64,000 nucleotides of DNA, taken from Nemertoderma westbladi (Eukaryota > Animalia > Xenacoelomorpha). The position numbers and the translations under genes are program-made. The stretch is taken from contig JAUCBJ010006543.1 in the NCBI GenBank assembly GCA_032718475.1, forward strand, positions 1-64,000, read 5' to 3'. The notes under the pieces are model-generated. The model was not told the DNA's origin, made no database searches, and saw nothing but the letters and a program-made list of their open reading frames with translations. Positions 38,180-52,522 of this stretch are shown here, one piece after another (position 1 is the first letter of the stretch; every line of letters starts with the position of its first letter).

Positions 38180-39370
38180 AATTTCTTTTAATCCCATAAC
38201 ATACGGAATATTAGTTAAATAATAATACAAATAGATAACAGGGTAACACTCATACGAGTAAGATAATTATATACAATGCCGTAAGTATCGTACATATGAA
38301 TTCATATAATTTAAATATACAGTGGCAGAAAAATATAAGGCGATTAAAATATGGCAAACAGTGATAAAAAATAATTATTTGGGGAGACCCAGGGTGAGAA
38401 GGAAAAGAGTGCATCGAAGGTCAGTCGCGCATGGGGGAATGCCGGGGCAAGATTTGAAGTGCAATTTAGTGTCAGCCGGATTGTTGCACAGCAAGCAGAT
38501 GCAACCATCATCCACTTTCCAACAGTTGGGACTGCTGCAAAGAGTCTGGTGACACCCGTTGGGCCGGACAGGCCTCTCAACCTGATGTCACTCACAATCG
38601 GGGTTGACGATGATGTCTACGGCGTCTAGTATTGCAGTGGAGGAGGAGAACTTGCTTACTCCACACCACGATTTTCCATTTTCGAGGCTAAATGGACACA
38701 GCATGCCAGACCCCTTTTGTGTAAGTGTGCAAAGTGACCGCTGGGGCTATTTTTGGTTGAGAGAGTTATACCGAGATAATTAAACTTACTGACAAATTCG
38801 ATCTTCGTACCATTGTACTACTACTTGGATCGGCATGCTGCATTGCAGCTGCATTTTTAAGAATGCTGTGCTGGGTTATCGACAAAATTGCACCGCCACA
38901 ACTCCCTATCACCCATGACATTTGCTAGATCATCCGCATCTTCAAGGCCAGTGTCCTTTAAGATGCGTCTCAAGAAAGTCATGGGCTGTCCACCATGCTT
39001 ATTCACTCCATGAGGCTGCCAAAGTACAAGATTATGCACTGGCTGGTCCTCACGGTGAAAGCAATGTCCTGCAAAGCGGAGGCGATTTTGTTCTAGTGTC
39101 AAGCTTGGGAGAACCAATGAGACACCTCCAATGTTATATAGTGTCTGGTTGGAGATGTGTTAATTGAACTTGACACAATGAACAATGAAGTTATACAGTA
39201 GTAAATTGACAGCCATTTTAGTGGAATGCTTTTTTCGAAAGCCGTACTGTTGGACCGGTAAAATAAAATGAGACTCCGCCCACATATAAAGTCTAGTAAA
39301 TAAAATGGCGGTGTAAGTTTTGAGTAAACAAGAAAGTAACGCTATACCTATGAGGCTGAGTAAACATTCC
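38180..39370 (-). mobile_element. Decayed LINE (RT start + thumb + C-terminal CCHC) hosting a nested RTE
   Basis: GIALLSCLLKTYT..QYGFRKKHST (39200-39350); IEFVSKFNYLGITL (about 38760-38810); CICLLCNNPADTKLHFKSCP (about 38440-38510). Confidence 0.75.
38815..39183 (-). mobile_element. RTE 3' fragment, same family as 15023-15537
   Basis: Nearly identical peptide LTLEQNRLRFAGHCF..MGDRELWRCNFVD and the same 3' UTR with a short (TAG)n tail. Confidence 0.92.
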
Positions 39371-39949
39371 ACGCACCTATAAAACATTTTGAATGCCACA
39401 GTGTGTAACCTGATACAGATAATAAGCAGCGATTTTTATATTTCAAACTATAATGTTAGTGTGAGCCTTACAGAGCAGTATAAGTCTGAGTAAACATTCC
39501 GCCTTATAAGCATATTAATGTTGGCATTAATGTAGCCAATACACTGTGTACCTAACAGTCATTCAGGAGGGGGAAGAGTTATTCAGCTGAAGCGGTAATA
39601 GATTGCAAACTAAACCAACGAGTTGGCAGCCTCATCGATTTATACTAAGCCTGTGTAGAAATCCACAAAATAAACCAGCCAGTTAATGTTTGCTTTGCCA
39701 GATAGTGGTAGGGCCTAAACAAACAGTATTGGTGTACTAAGTACAATAATCTTGGCAACCTCATCGATTTATACTAAGCCTGTATAGAAATGCATTTCAT
39801 CAGGACACCAGCTGTTATTGGTGTTATTTTACCATTGCGCCTATGGCGTTTTTTTCGAGCCCAGATGGTATGGACGGAGTAGCTGATCATGCCAGCCTTA
39901 GAATCCGTTCAGCCAGCCACTGTGAAAATTTCATTCTGTTTCATTTCAT

Positions 39950-41380
39950 GTTTCATTTTTATGCAGTGTACCCTGCATTGTGCATCATGACATTCACATA
40001 CGTTCTTAGGAATAATAATTTTACTAAGCACCAATTGATACTCATTAAGATTAACAGCCATTGTTTTACTCCAGTCACATTTTTGCATGGATGAATTATT
40101 AAAGCAACTGTCACTATTATTACTCGATCTATTATTTTTCAGCACAGGTACAATACAAATTATCCAGTCCAATATCCAAATTAAATAATACTGGCATATG
40201 GTCTGAGACAGACAATTCATTGACTGTAACTGAATGCATAAACGGTACAACACTGCCAGTGCATGCCACATGGTCCAGCCATGAACATGTATTATGAGCA
40301 GCACTCACGAATGTAAATGTTCCCACTGGAAGTAAGTTAATGTCACATAAAATCATATTCATATTTTTGCACCAATTATTGGTATAATTAAAATAACGTT
40401 CGTAAGGCATGTGTAACAGTAGGATTGTCATATTGTCATTTTTGTATTTAATCCCAAAAATTATAGGTTCCTTATAATCTATAATTTCAATGAATTGAGC
40501 TATATTCTTTTTATATAAAAATCCAAGTCCACCATATGGTCTATCTTGCAGTAGGGTGTCTCTGTAATCAACAGGCAAAAATACCTCTAGCAAAATACCT
40601 GTCACCCAGTGATGCCGAAACTAAGTTCCTGTACTGGAGGCTGGAACTAGTTCCTGTATAAATATAATGTCTGTAGATTGATCACAGAGTGATTTAATGA
40701 CATTCCTAGATTCTGAAGTCCGAACTGAATTACAATTACATGAAGCAAACAAATTAGGCTTACTAGGATAAGACATGTTGAGATTAGTCATTATAATCAG
40801 AACAAAAATATAAAAATTCATATCCATTATCAAAATAATCTGTAAAAAAAGCAGTCATAAAAATTATCTATCTATATAAATCTATGATATACCGGACCAA
40901 TCAAGTGCACATCCTGCACAAGGCTGTTTAAACAATGATACACTGACAGATTCACATCTGCGACTGTAGCATCAGTTACAGCTGAAACATCTATGGGAGT
41001 ATGATTGTCAGCCATCATAACGGTACTAATGATACTCTCTTTACCAACCACCGAGCTGCCAGAGACTCTGTTAATCAGTCCTTGGCGACGCCGCCCATTG
41101 TCACTGTTCAAATTCTCACACTGCAGTATCTGGGCCAGTTTTCTGCACACAATAACATTCAATCTCACTCCGTTTGCAGGATATTACGAAATACCTGAAG
41201 TACGGGTTATACTTACCGATAGGGAAGCATTTCACCTCCAAGTTAATCTTCTCCTTGACATGGTCAATTATGTTATCTGATGTTACATTTATTCCACATC
41301 CTGAGATATAAATTTTCTTCATTGGTTGAACTGTATCGAAAGCGCAGTTGTCTGAAGTTCCTAAGATGAAATTGCACCCG
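39950..41380 (-). mobile_element. LINE 5' part (ORF1 RRM-like + APE), same family as 27750-29450
   Basis: KIYISGCG.NVT..I..HV.EK (ORF1); FAS.NCNSVR..DIIFIQE; RPYGGLGFLY; SWLDH..SDH.P. Confidence 0.85.
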
Positions 41381-41419
41381 TATATATTCGTATATTCGGT
41401 ATATTCGTGGTACTTTGAG

Positions 41420-41482
41420 GACCGTCCTTAAAAGGACCGTGTGTGGTTCTTTGAGGAAGTCCTTAAAAGGACCGTTTTGGTT
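41420..41482 (-). promoter_or_regulatory. Tandem pair of histone-type stem-loop motifs (copy at 52562-52625)
   Basis: Minus strand reads CCAAAAC GGTCCT TTTA AGGACT and ACACAC GGTCCT TTTA AGGACG. Confidence 0.5.
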
Positions 41483-42093
41483 GGTGGGACAGGCACACTA
41501 CACTCTAACTTACTATTCACATATCTATTACATATCTATATCTATTATTCAGGATTATTAATATATAAAAAAATCTTCATAATACTTATGGGAAGATACT
41601 ATTTAATGTGATTGTGTATATAATGGCCACGTAATGGGATCATAGTTTTGTTACGGGGAGAAATACGTTATTATTACAGAAATTCTATGTTTTTGTTAGC
41701 TCATTTGAAAGCCACACATTTCAGCATTATAAATATGTTAATAAATCGTAATAACACTAAAGAGAAGTTACTCTTTAGAGGGACCGAATATAAAATGACA
41801 TTGCGTGGCTAATTACGTGATGGCGATACGTAACATTTACTAAGAGTTTATGTGGATATAAAAGGTCAATAAATCATATTGATTTGTAATTTGTCATTTT
41901 CTTATGAAGTAACAACAGTTATATTAAAACGCCATCATCCAATAATTGGAAGTGGTAAATATAAACATTAATAAATTTAATATGTTTAAACTTCCAATCA
42001 CTAAAAAAAAGGTGGCCTAACCCCTGGTCTGGCACCCCAGAACACCAATATACAATTACACAACAATACACAACACCAATATAGCTACATCAC

Positions 42094-42900
42094 TCAAGCC
42101 ATACCTTGCCAGATTGTGCAATATAACATTCCATGGCCTTTATCATTAAGGTGAATGCCATCAGAGTGAAGCAAGGATCCTTCCTCTACCCGATGGCATA
42201 GATCACCTTTCATGGTGTTGATGTGGCCGCATTTGTAGAACTTCAGCCACTCTGCCATCTGCATATTTGTAGCCACACGCCTCGAATCAAAATCAGGATC
42301 CACAGATACTCTCTTTGGGTGCATTGTTCTTGGGGGGATCTGTGTCCATAAAACCTTGGAGGCTCCATTGGAAGACTGTCAGGACTTATAATAAATAATA
42401 TTACTAACTGGCGGCTGATTTGCACACTGGCCTATCATCAACAGCATACAAGCCGAACATTTCCGACCCATGTTTACGCAAAATTGTTTACAAAATTTGA
42501 GTCAATTTCTTAGTGGAAACGCTCGTTTCTTAATGCAATGTCAGCCTTTGCCCTAGTTATAGGGGTTATTCATAACAAATGTCATTGAATATATTGGAAA
42601 AGATTCTTTGGAAAGGACTCAGGTTAAGATTTTTCTTCCGTTTTTCATTCTTCCTTCGTATCTTCTTATCGATAAATTCTCTGATGTGTTCGATAAAACC
42701 TTGGAGGCTCCATTGGAAGAGTATTCCTTAATCATTGCCTTCATTCAATCTGGTGACAACAATGCAATCTGTCTCTCACACACAGTTGCCTCCAAAACTT
42801 ACAACAATCATACAAGGTTTATTCTCTCAATGTCTCATAACCTCCTCAGGATTATGGTCAGCAAAGGTCCTCTCAGATTGCGGATGGAAGTTAACTCGAG
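42094..42900 (-). pseudogene. SGNH/GDSL esterase-like fragment, probably retroelement-derived (copy at 53236-54045)
   Basis: LLHSDGIHLNDKGH (block V DxxH) and PCMIVVSFGGN (block III-like), separated by an insertion between 28-bp direct repeats. Confidence 0.65.
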
Positions 42901-42959
42901 CAACTGCTGGAGGCAGGCCAAAGTTACAATTATGTCTGCAATCATTGTGGGCAAGGTAC

Positions 42960-43255
42960 CCGAAGATTTTATCTGGGTGAGACATGTTGGTACAGATGTT
43001 TTATGAGGCTGATTTAAGAGTGAATTCATGGTCTTCCATGTTTTACAATTGTTGTTGAGAGTTTTTTGAGAATTCCAAACCATGATAGTCTTTTTCAACT
43101 TTTCGTAATAGGCACGTACATTTATGGCGATATAATTTATAAATATGGAGGTTTTCTTTTGTTGGATTTTAGACATATTATTTGGCATAGAGAACATTTT
43201 TTTATGAATGGAAAAATTAAGCCCATTAGTCAACCAATGTCTCAACCTCTCTGAA
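42960..43255 (-). mobile_element. CR1-like LINE tether fragment
   Basis: WLTNGL..SIHKK..YYEK..KTWKTMNSLLN. Confidence 0.55.
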
Positions 43256-43449
43256 GGTCCTCCTAGATCATGGCTGAAAATTAATTCGAGCAACTGCTGG
43301 AATTTAAAAAAAATGTCACTATAGGTGTCCTATTGTGCATATTGTACACCACGAACCATATCACATTCGCTAATGGTAGGCCTATAAAATGGACGAACAT
43401 CTTACAAATATAAAATTATATAAAAGTGTAGAGTAATATAAATAGCTAA

Positions 43450-44546
43450 TGAATGCAGGCCTTCCACGCATCCAGTGATTCGCCCTCGCTGTTGTTGGGG
43501 CAAAACCATCTACCCAGTGCCCAGTGGTGGCAAGCATATAGTTGTGACAGTCTCCCCCTCTACATTCTTGGGGTAGAACCACTTCCTTTTAATCTGGGGC
43601 AGAACCACTTCCCTTTAATATGTGTGTGTCCCTGCACACACTTGATCATATTGCCACAGGTCTTGCATACCATTCCACTACAGGGGTTGAGGGGTCTCAG
43701 CTTGGCCAGGCACTACTCCACTACTGATGATCAACTGGCCCCTCTTATTGACTCATTGTTCAGGATCCCACTACTCATGGGGAATATAAAACTAATAGGA
43801 ATAATCAAGGATAATTTTGAGGATGAGTGGAGGATGATTTTATGATTACATTCATTTTATTTTAAATATGTTAATTTATGATATTTTATATATTTTGTGC
43901 ATTCAGTAACCTTCTAGAATATCAACTCTATCATAATATTTGGCAAATAATTATACTGACATTTACAGCCATTCATTATTGAATAGTGATTAAAAAAATT
44001 AGTGAGACAAACCAAATCCAACGTTTTTTCAAAAGTATAAATTTAAAACCAGTATTCTAAATCATTACAAATGTATTACTACACCATTAAATGCATACAT
44101 TACTCACATGTACCTGTTCCAAGTGGAGCAAGTATTGTAGGTTGGCCCGCTCGTACCTACACTGTAGCATCTCACTCACCTGCTGGGATATAACATGTAC
44201 ACTTCTATCCGACCTATGCAATGCATCTCATCCATCGGTCTTGTACATATCCTTATTAAACATAAATACAGCAGGGAATATATTCTGCACACACTGAGGC
44301 AACATTCTCAAGTACTGTACCTACCACAACACATGGTCTACCTAGCCTACGTTTTAATGCCACACCAGTATCACACCACAAACAGGGCAGACCTTTCACA
44401 CCCACTAACGCTTTCATTATTGTCTCTGGAACCCACACAAACATAGGGTATATACACAGTAGGGCTCTGGTCTAGGCAAAGCCTGCAGTGCCCAAGAGTT
44501 CACCTGGAGGTGGCGAATGCCACAGTGGCTCACCTTCCCATCTCGA
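43450..44546 (-). pseudogene. Dada/DUF6729-like transposase deletion derivative (N-terminal piece + C-terminal zinc fingers)
   Basis: QALPRPEPYCVY.MFVWVPET..FPAVF, and CKTC..GH.HIKGKWFCP / WFCPNNSEGESLDAWK. Confidence 0.7.
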
Positions 44547-44563
44547 TGTATTAAGTATATGTA

Positions 44564-47500
44564 AGTAATTAATTTACTATAATAAATAATATAATAATAA
44601 TAATAATTATTATTATTATATTTCACCTTTTATTAACCCTCCTCTGTACACCTGGGGTCAAAAACGACCCCAGTGACCTAAATCTCAAATTTTTTCTTCA
44701 ATAGTTGTATGTGGGGTTCTGAACTTGATAGTACCTTCCTAGCACATGTAATTCTATGAAATACCATGAATATTTGTTTTGTTTATCTATTTGATATAAA
44801 AATAAACACCTCTTTTTGAGCAACACTCCCTGTGACCACCTGGGGTCAATAATGACCCCACTGATAAAATCAAATACAGGTTAGGGTTGCACCTGCTCCT
44901 TTTTTTCGAAATTGGTGTTCTAGATAGTTTTATTTTGTTACACTCCCCAAAAAATTGTTCCATGCCAAATTTTATGAAAATTGAACAATGTCTAGAGGGT
45001 CCACACTCACACAAAGCACATGGCCAATTCCCGCCCCTTGGTGCAAGTGAGTCATATTCCCTATTTTTGTGATGATCAACTTCTAGTATTCCTACTGCAT
45101 TGATAATATGCTCATTAGAACCACAATGACCGATTTAGTTGGTGTAGACACCTTCAAAACAAGCATAGAGCCAATAGTTTTTGAGATATTGCAGAAAATG
45201 TGAAGTTCAGTACAAGTCAACATTAGCACTTTGATGCGATATTGACAAATACACTAAAAATTATACTTCTAACTATCTCAAGGCATCCAGAATTTACACA
45301 TAACTGCAATCTCAATTTAGGTGATGTTGACCAGTTGACACTCTAAAAACTTGAGTTGAGTCATTTGTTCTCAAGTTATTGTACAAAATGTCTGGACTAG
45401 GTCAACTCAATATATGGAAGGTCATTGGTGGACCTAGCCTTGACATTTTGTACAATAACTCGAGAACTAATCACTCAGCTAATATTTTTAGAGTGTCAAC
45501 ATCACCTAAATTGATCATTGCAGTTATGTGTAAATTCTGGATGCCTTGAGATAATTAGAAGTATCATTTTTACTGCATTTTGTCGATATCGCATCAATAT
45601 CTCAAAAAATATTCACTCTATGCTTGTTTTGATGGAGTCTACACTAACTAAATCGGTCATTGCAGTTCTAATCAGCATAATATCAATGCAGTAGGAAAAC
45701 TAGAAGTTGATCATCACAAAAATTGGGAATATGACTCACTTGCGCCAAGGGCGGGAACTGGCCATGTGCTTTTAGTGTGAGTGTGGACCCTCCAGACATT
45801 GTTCAATTTTCATAAAATCTGGCATGGAACACTGTTTTGGGGTGTGTAACAAAATAAAGACATGAAGAAACTGTAGACCTACCATTTATTGGGGAAAAAA
45901 TCACATTCAACTGAATGGGGTCAAAAACGACCCCAGGTGGTAGAAGTGGCACTTTTACCACGTGTACATAGGAGGGGAGGGTTAAATAAAATATTTAAAA
46001 ACAAGGGAGAACATCAAGGTTTACAAAAACACTAACTGATGACAATTATACATTAAAAAGACAGACAAACCAAATATACATAGTTCAATATAATACAGTA
46101 TAAACTTATATAAAATATAACCGAATAAAGTAAAAATAAAATAAGGCAAGTGAACTGATATTAATCTAAATTTCTAACAAACCGACAATATTTTAAAATA
46201 TCAATATCTTTTACCCGACTTTTAAAAACATTTATATTGGGAGAGTTAACTACTTCTACAGGTAATTCGTTCCATATATCGACTACGCGATTTGAAAATC
46301 TAAATTTACTAATTTGTAATCTGGCATATCGTTTAAATAATTTGAAATTATGACCTATATTGCTACTTTCACCATTTCCATAAGTAAAAAAATCATCAAA
46401 ATTTAAATCAACACAGCTATTTATAATATTGTAAACCATTATTAAATCTGATATGACGGCGCATTTCAAGTGGTTATAACTGTAGTTACGTTAATCGACA
46501 AGGTAACTCTTGCGATCTAGTTTACAGCGAGCAAAAAGACACTGGGTAAAAAAGCGCTGTACTTGTTCAATCAAGTCAATAGTTCCAACGTTGAATGGTG
46601 ACTGGTTTACAATACTCAAGTAATGGACGCAAATAAGCCTTGTAAGCGGTTAGTAGATCGAAGTATAAAAACATCGGAAAATCATATTAACTATTTTAAA
46701 TGCTTTTTTTAACTTGTTCTCTAAAATATAAATTAAATTTTAAATATTGTAATTCCGAGATCACTGCATGACTCATCACTTGGCAATAATTTGTTAAACA
46801 AAATATATGGATACATGGTGGTACTACTACTTGTTGAAATAATTGAAAATTGAAACTGAACATTTATGGGCAGCAATTGTAATTTGCCACTTAGTCGCCC
46901 AGTCTTCCAACTGATTCAATGCCAAATATTATATGTAATATTATATGTATCTGAGGCAAATCGGAGCAGAACTCAAATTCTGTTTAGCGGTGGTCCAGAT
47001 GTATAACCCTTGGGCCAACATGTCTGGTTAATATGAAAATAAATTAACCCGATAAAAGCCCATAACTGAGAAAAAGGCATGTTAAAACCAGTAATTAAGA
47101 AAAATAAAATTAATGAATTAAATACCAATAATATAGAAAAAAAGGCAAGTAAAAACCAGTAATAAAGTAAAAAGGCAAGTAAAAACCGGTAATAAAGTAT
47201 AGCAAAGTAAAGCAAGTAAAACTGATAATAAAGAAAAAAAAGATCAAGTGAAAACCGGTATGAAGGAAAAAAGGCAAGTAAAAACTGGAAATGAAGAAAA
47301 GAAAGGTCTTAAGTAAAAACCAGTAATAAAGAAAAAAAGGCAAGTAAAAACCAGTAATGAAGAAAAAGGTCTTAAGTAAAAACTGGTACTAGTAATAAAG
47401 AAAAAAAAGGCAAGTAAAAACCAGTAATAAAGTAAAAAGGCAAGTAAAAACCGGTAATAAAGTATAGCAAAGTAAAGCAAGTAAAACTGATAATAAAGAA

Positions 47501-50500
47501 AAAAAAGATCAAGTGAAAACCGGTATGAAGGAAAAAAGGCAAGTAAAAACCGGTAATAAAGAAAAGGCAAGTAAAAACCGGAAATGAAGAGAAGAAAGTT
47601 CTTAAGTAAAAACCGGTAATAAAGAAAAAAAGGCAAGTAAAAACCAGTAATGAAGAAAAAGGTCTTAAGTAAAAACTGGTACTAGTAATAAAGAAAAAAA
47701 AGGCAAGTAAAAACCAGTAATAAAGTAAAAAGGCAAGTAAAAACCGGTAATAAAGTATAGCAAAGTAAAGCAAGTAAAACTGATAATAAAGAAAAAAAAG
47801 ATCAAGTGAAAACCGGTATGAAGGAAAAAAGGCAAGTAAAAACCGGTAATAAAGAAAAGGCAAGTAAAAACTGGAAATGAAGAAAAGAAAGGTCTTAAGT
47901 AAAAACCAGTAATAAAGAAAAAAGGCAAGTAAAAACCGGTAATGAAAAAAAAAATGCAAATAAAAACCGGAAATAAAGGAAATGGCAAGTAAAAACTGGT
48001 AATGAAGAAAAAAAGATCTTAAGTAAAAACCGGTTATGAAGAAAAAAGGCTACTAGTAATAAAGAGAAAAAAGGCTAGTAAAAACCGGTAATGAAAAAAA
48101 AAATGCAAATAAAAACCGGAAATAAAGGAAATGGCAAGTAAAAACTGGTAATGAAGAAAAAAAGATCTTAAGTAAAAACCGGTTATGAAGAAAAAAGGCT
48201 ACTAGTAATAAAGAAAAAAAAGGTTAGTAAAAACCGGTAATGAAAAAAAAAATGCAAATAAAAACCGGAAATAAAGGAAATGGCAAGTAAAAACTGGTAA
48301 TGAAGAAAAAAAGATCTTAAGTAAAAACCGGTTATGAAGAAAAAAGGCAAGTAAAACTGGTAATGAAGAAAAAAGGTCTTAAGTAAAATCCGTTTATGAA
48401 GAAAAAAGGTTCCAAATGCTTTTATGACTTAAGTTGATATCTGCTCAACTAAACTGGGGCTAGATCTCCCCCCCCCCCCCCCCCCCCCCCCAGGGGGCTA
48501 AAGGGGCAAGAAAAGAGCTGAAAAAATGGAACGATTCTGAGCAGTGGGTAAGAAATGGGTGTGGATTGGTCAGGAGTGGGCTAAATGTACCTTATATATG
48601 ATTTTGGAGGTTTTGCTGTCACTTTTTGCCATTTTTCATTAAGACCAGCTTATAAAATGCGAGTGTAGTTCTTATTAGTTGTTTAGCCTGGGCTCTCAGT
48701 ATAAAAAAAATTCTGCATTATGAAATAAAAAAAAGCTATATGTATATTTTTTGTCATCATATATTTGTTATTAAAAATAAAAAAAAGCTTATGTGTATAT
48801 TTTTTATCATCATTTATTTGTTATTAAAAATAAAGTAAAATCGCTTATATTCTCAATTTCTCAGATATCTTATTTCTAAATTATATTTGTTATATTTAAT
48901 AATTCATGTTAGTAGATTCAACCCGTTATGTGCTCCAACCAGAAAATGGGAGGGGTGCATTTCTGCGCATTGTGACGGATATGTACTAATTTGGGTAGAT
49001 ACAGTATACCACATATGTAAGATACGCTGGAATTGTAACTAAAACCAAAAAGTTTTCTAATAATATTATTATATCCAACGCGGAATTTACTATATGTGGA
49101 GAGTGAAAAATTACTTCTCGCCCATAGGGAGTTACAGTAGATCTGAGTGCAAAATGACCTGAAAAGTTTTATTTTGACAATTTTTGAGCAATAGCTAAAT
49201 TTACGTATTAACAAGTTTCCTCTTCTATAAAGACTTGACAGTTGGTTAAGGATATCATAATTGTTGTCAGTTGTGTTGTGGAAAGTATTGCCTAAGTACT
49301 TGTATTTACTTACAGTTTCTATTGATTTACCATTAATACTGATAACAAGGCTATTTTTATATGATTTTGGTGTATAGGTTATGAACTTAGATTTCTTAAT
49401 ATTAATAACGATGGAGTGCCTATCTGTGAAGTCTATGTAAGTATCAATAAGTTTTCTAAGACCAGCTATGGAATTAGAAACTAAAGACAGGACATCAGCG
49501 TACATTAAGTGATTACACCTATGTTTATTAAGTTGACAACCTATATTAGTATTGTTAAGTTCCCTACTAAGGTCGTCTACGTAAACAGCGTACAGATAAC
49601 CAGATAGAATCCCCCCTTGTTTTGTCCCGTTTGTTACCGTAAAACTTTGAGTTTTGACATAATTTTGACGTAAAGCTTTGAAAACTTAAGAGTTTGAAAA
49701 CAATACCAATACCTGATAATCCTAATATAAAAAGTAGAAATATTGCGATCAACTAATTTAGAGAATAATTTATAGTGATTAACTACGTCGAAGGCTTTAT
49801 AAGAGTCTATAAAACAAATGTAAATTGGGCTGTCATTATCCAAATAGTACTGTATTATTTCTTTTAAAGTGTATATGAATAATTCTGTGCTTAACTTATT
49901 TTTGAAGGCAAATTGTGAATCGGAAGTAATTAGTTTTGCGCCAAATCGGTCAAGATATACTAATTCTAGAATTTTACTACTAATTGATACGAGATAGCAA
50001 TGCCCCTATAATTGTCAAAATTTGTATTATCATCGTTCTTATCCTTCAGAATGGGCAGGATATTGCAACGTATGAGATCGTCATTTAAGTAGCCATGTAC
50101 ATTACAGATTGTGAAAATGGAAGCCAAATGCGAAAATAAACGAGCCATACCATTCGTGTAATGTTCGCTGGCCAAACCATCAGGGCCAGTTTTACCAGGG
50201 GACAATCTACAAACGGCTACAGATACTTCGGCGTCTGTTACAAGCATACCGGTATCATTATTATACACAATATGAGTAAATATTGATTCAAGCTTTTCCT
50301 TGTCAAAGTCACTGTTGACCTTATTGTAAAGGGATGAGAATTTATCCTGAAAAAGGTTGCAAAAGTCTTGCTCACCAACCGCACCACCAACTTTACTTGA
50401 AAGTGGGACGTTTGTACTGCAATGTTTCTTTACATTATTCCAGAAGTTGTTTTGATTATTGGAATACATTGACTCTGCAAGTTTATTAGCAGGAATACCC

Positions 50501-52522
50501 TTTTCCGTAAATTTACATTGTTTTAAAGCATGTTTGAACTCAAGTTTAAAATGTATATAATCACGAAATATTTGTCCTGCTCGGGGTCTCCCACTAGAGC
50601 GCCAAATACGAAAATATAATCTTGATTCATCGTATTTCGATTTAATGAGATCGTTCCATCCCGGCACTGTATTACTTGTGTGGGACCCAGTTGGGTTTTT
50701 ATTTTTAGGAATAGTTCGTTCAGCTGCCATATTAATAATAAAGTTGAGTAGACAAAATATGACGTAATGGAATCAATTATCAATGATACCTAGCTACTTG
50801 GAAGATGGTGAACACCTAATTTAATTATTATTTATTTTTACATTAGCAGATTGAGATTGAGTTCTTGAATATGAAAATATAGAATACTCACTTTTGTAGA
50901 AAGTAGAGTCAATTTTATCATTCTGAATTGTGCCACTTATTACTTTTTTTTTATTTTTTTTAAACGATTTTTTGGTTTGTCGTTTTTGCTCGACCAAAAA
51001 ATCAATTCTTTGGTCGACCAAAAACTACTTTTTTGTTGATTAAAAAGTCACTTAAAAAAAGAAAAAAAAGAAGTAATAAGTGGCACAATTATTCAGCCAC
51101 CATTTGACATTCAAATAATTAATACTAACTTACACAGTATCTTCTGTTTATTGTTGGCCCTTAAAAAAGGGCCGTTTTGGTTGGTAGGTCAGTTGGCCTT
51201 TATTTATTTATTTATTTATTATTTAATCCGGGCTAGCATACATCCCATATCAATATTACATACTGTAGAATTAATATTATTTATGCACTTTATACGTAAT
51301 TTATAGAATTACATATTTGTACCGTGGAACAGACCCCAGAGCTGGACGATTGATATAAGAGTAAATACCAAATTAATATAATATATGTACACCAATTATT
51401 TATAATAACAATAATAAATAACACTTTAGTATAATGTTCACTGGCTAGTCCATCTGGACCAATCTTGTCACGAGATAACCTACCTTACTGCAAATGCTAC
51501 TTCAATGTCAGTCACAAACATATCCTTATTGAACTCAATGTTATTAAACATAGCTTCTACTTTATCCTTTTCAGTATCACTGTTAACTTTATTATAAAGG
51601 TCCGCAAATTTTTCTTTAAAGAGATCACATATATCGTTTTCTCCTACCACAGTACCTGGAAAGAGGTACATTAGCACCACAATGTTTTTTCACATTATTC
51701 CAGAATTCATTTTGGCTATCAGAGTACAGTGATTCTGCAAGTTTGTCAGCACGCAAATTCTTATCTCTACGCTTACACTGTTTCAAAGCTCGTTTAAACT
51801 CAAATTTAGCATGCATGTAGTCATGGAAAATCTGTCCAGCCCTAGGGGATCCATGTGTAGGCCAAATACTCAAATACCAAAAAATAGCCTCCTCGATTCA
51901 TTATATTTATGTTTAACGAGGTCGTTCCAACCAGGTACAACCCTAGACTGCTGATGGGGAACTTTTTGGAATGGTCCGGTGCGTAAGCTAGCTTTACCAC
52001 ACAGACAATGGCATTATAATAATTATCAATTGCATTTTTATGCAGTGTACACCTACATTGTGCATCATGACATTCACATACGTTCTTAGGAATAATAATT
52101 TTACTAAGCAGATTATTTAGCACCAATTGATAATTAAGATTAGCAGCCATTGTTTTACTCCAGTCACATTTTTGCATGGATGAATTTATTAAAGCAACTG
52201 TCACTATTATTACTCGATCTATTATTTTTCAGCACAGGTACAATACAAATTATCCATTCCAATATCCAAATTAAATAATACTGGCATATGGTCTGAGACA
52301 GACAATTCATTGACTGTAACTGAATGCATCAACGGTACAACACTGCCAGTGCATGCCACATGGTCCAGCCATGAACATGTATTATGAGCAGCACTCACGA
52401 ATGTAAATGTTCCCACTGGAAGTAAGTTAATGTCATATAAAATCATATTCATATTTTTGCACCAATTATTGGTATAATTAAAATAACGTGAGTCCGAGCC
52501 TGCATTAAAATCTCCTATCACG
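44564..52522. repeat. Second copy of block A (piggyBac MITE 44637-45981, CR1, expanded minisatellite 47085-48410, LINE fragments)
   Basis: Colinear with 21688-29072. TTAA TSDs are retained at 44633 and 45982. Confidence 0.95.

Larger units (their letters stand above)
41380..44546. repeat. Segmental duplication block B (second copy 52522-57077, which carries an extra ~1.4 kb at 54479-55875)
   Basis: Identical or near-identical ORF pairs 42094/53236, 42608/53750, 43453/55983, 44091/56621. Confidence 0.95.

Noticed and set aside
41480-41560. Histone H2B C-terminus (YVNSK) upstream of the stem-loop
   Set aside because: The upstream sequence is low-complexity AT repeat with no histone-fold similarity.
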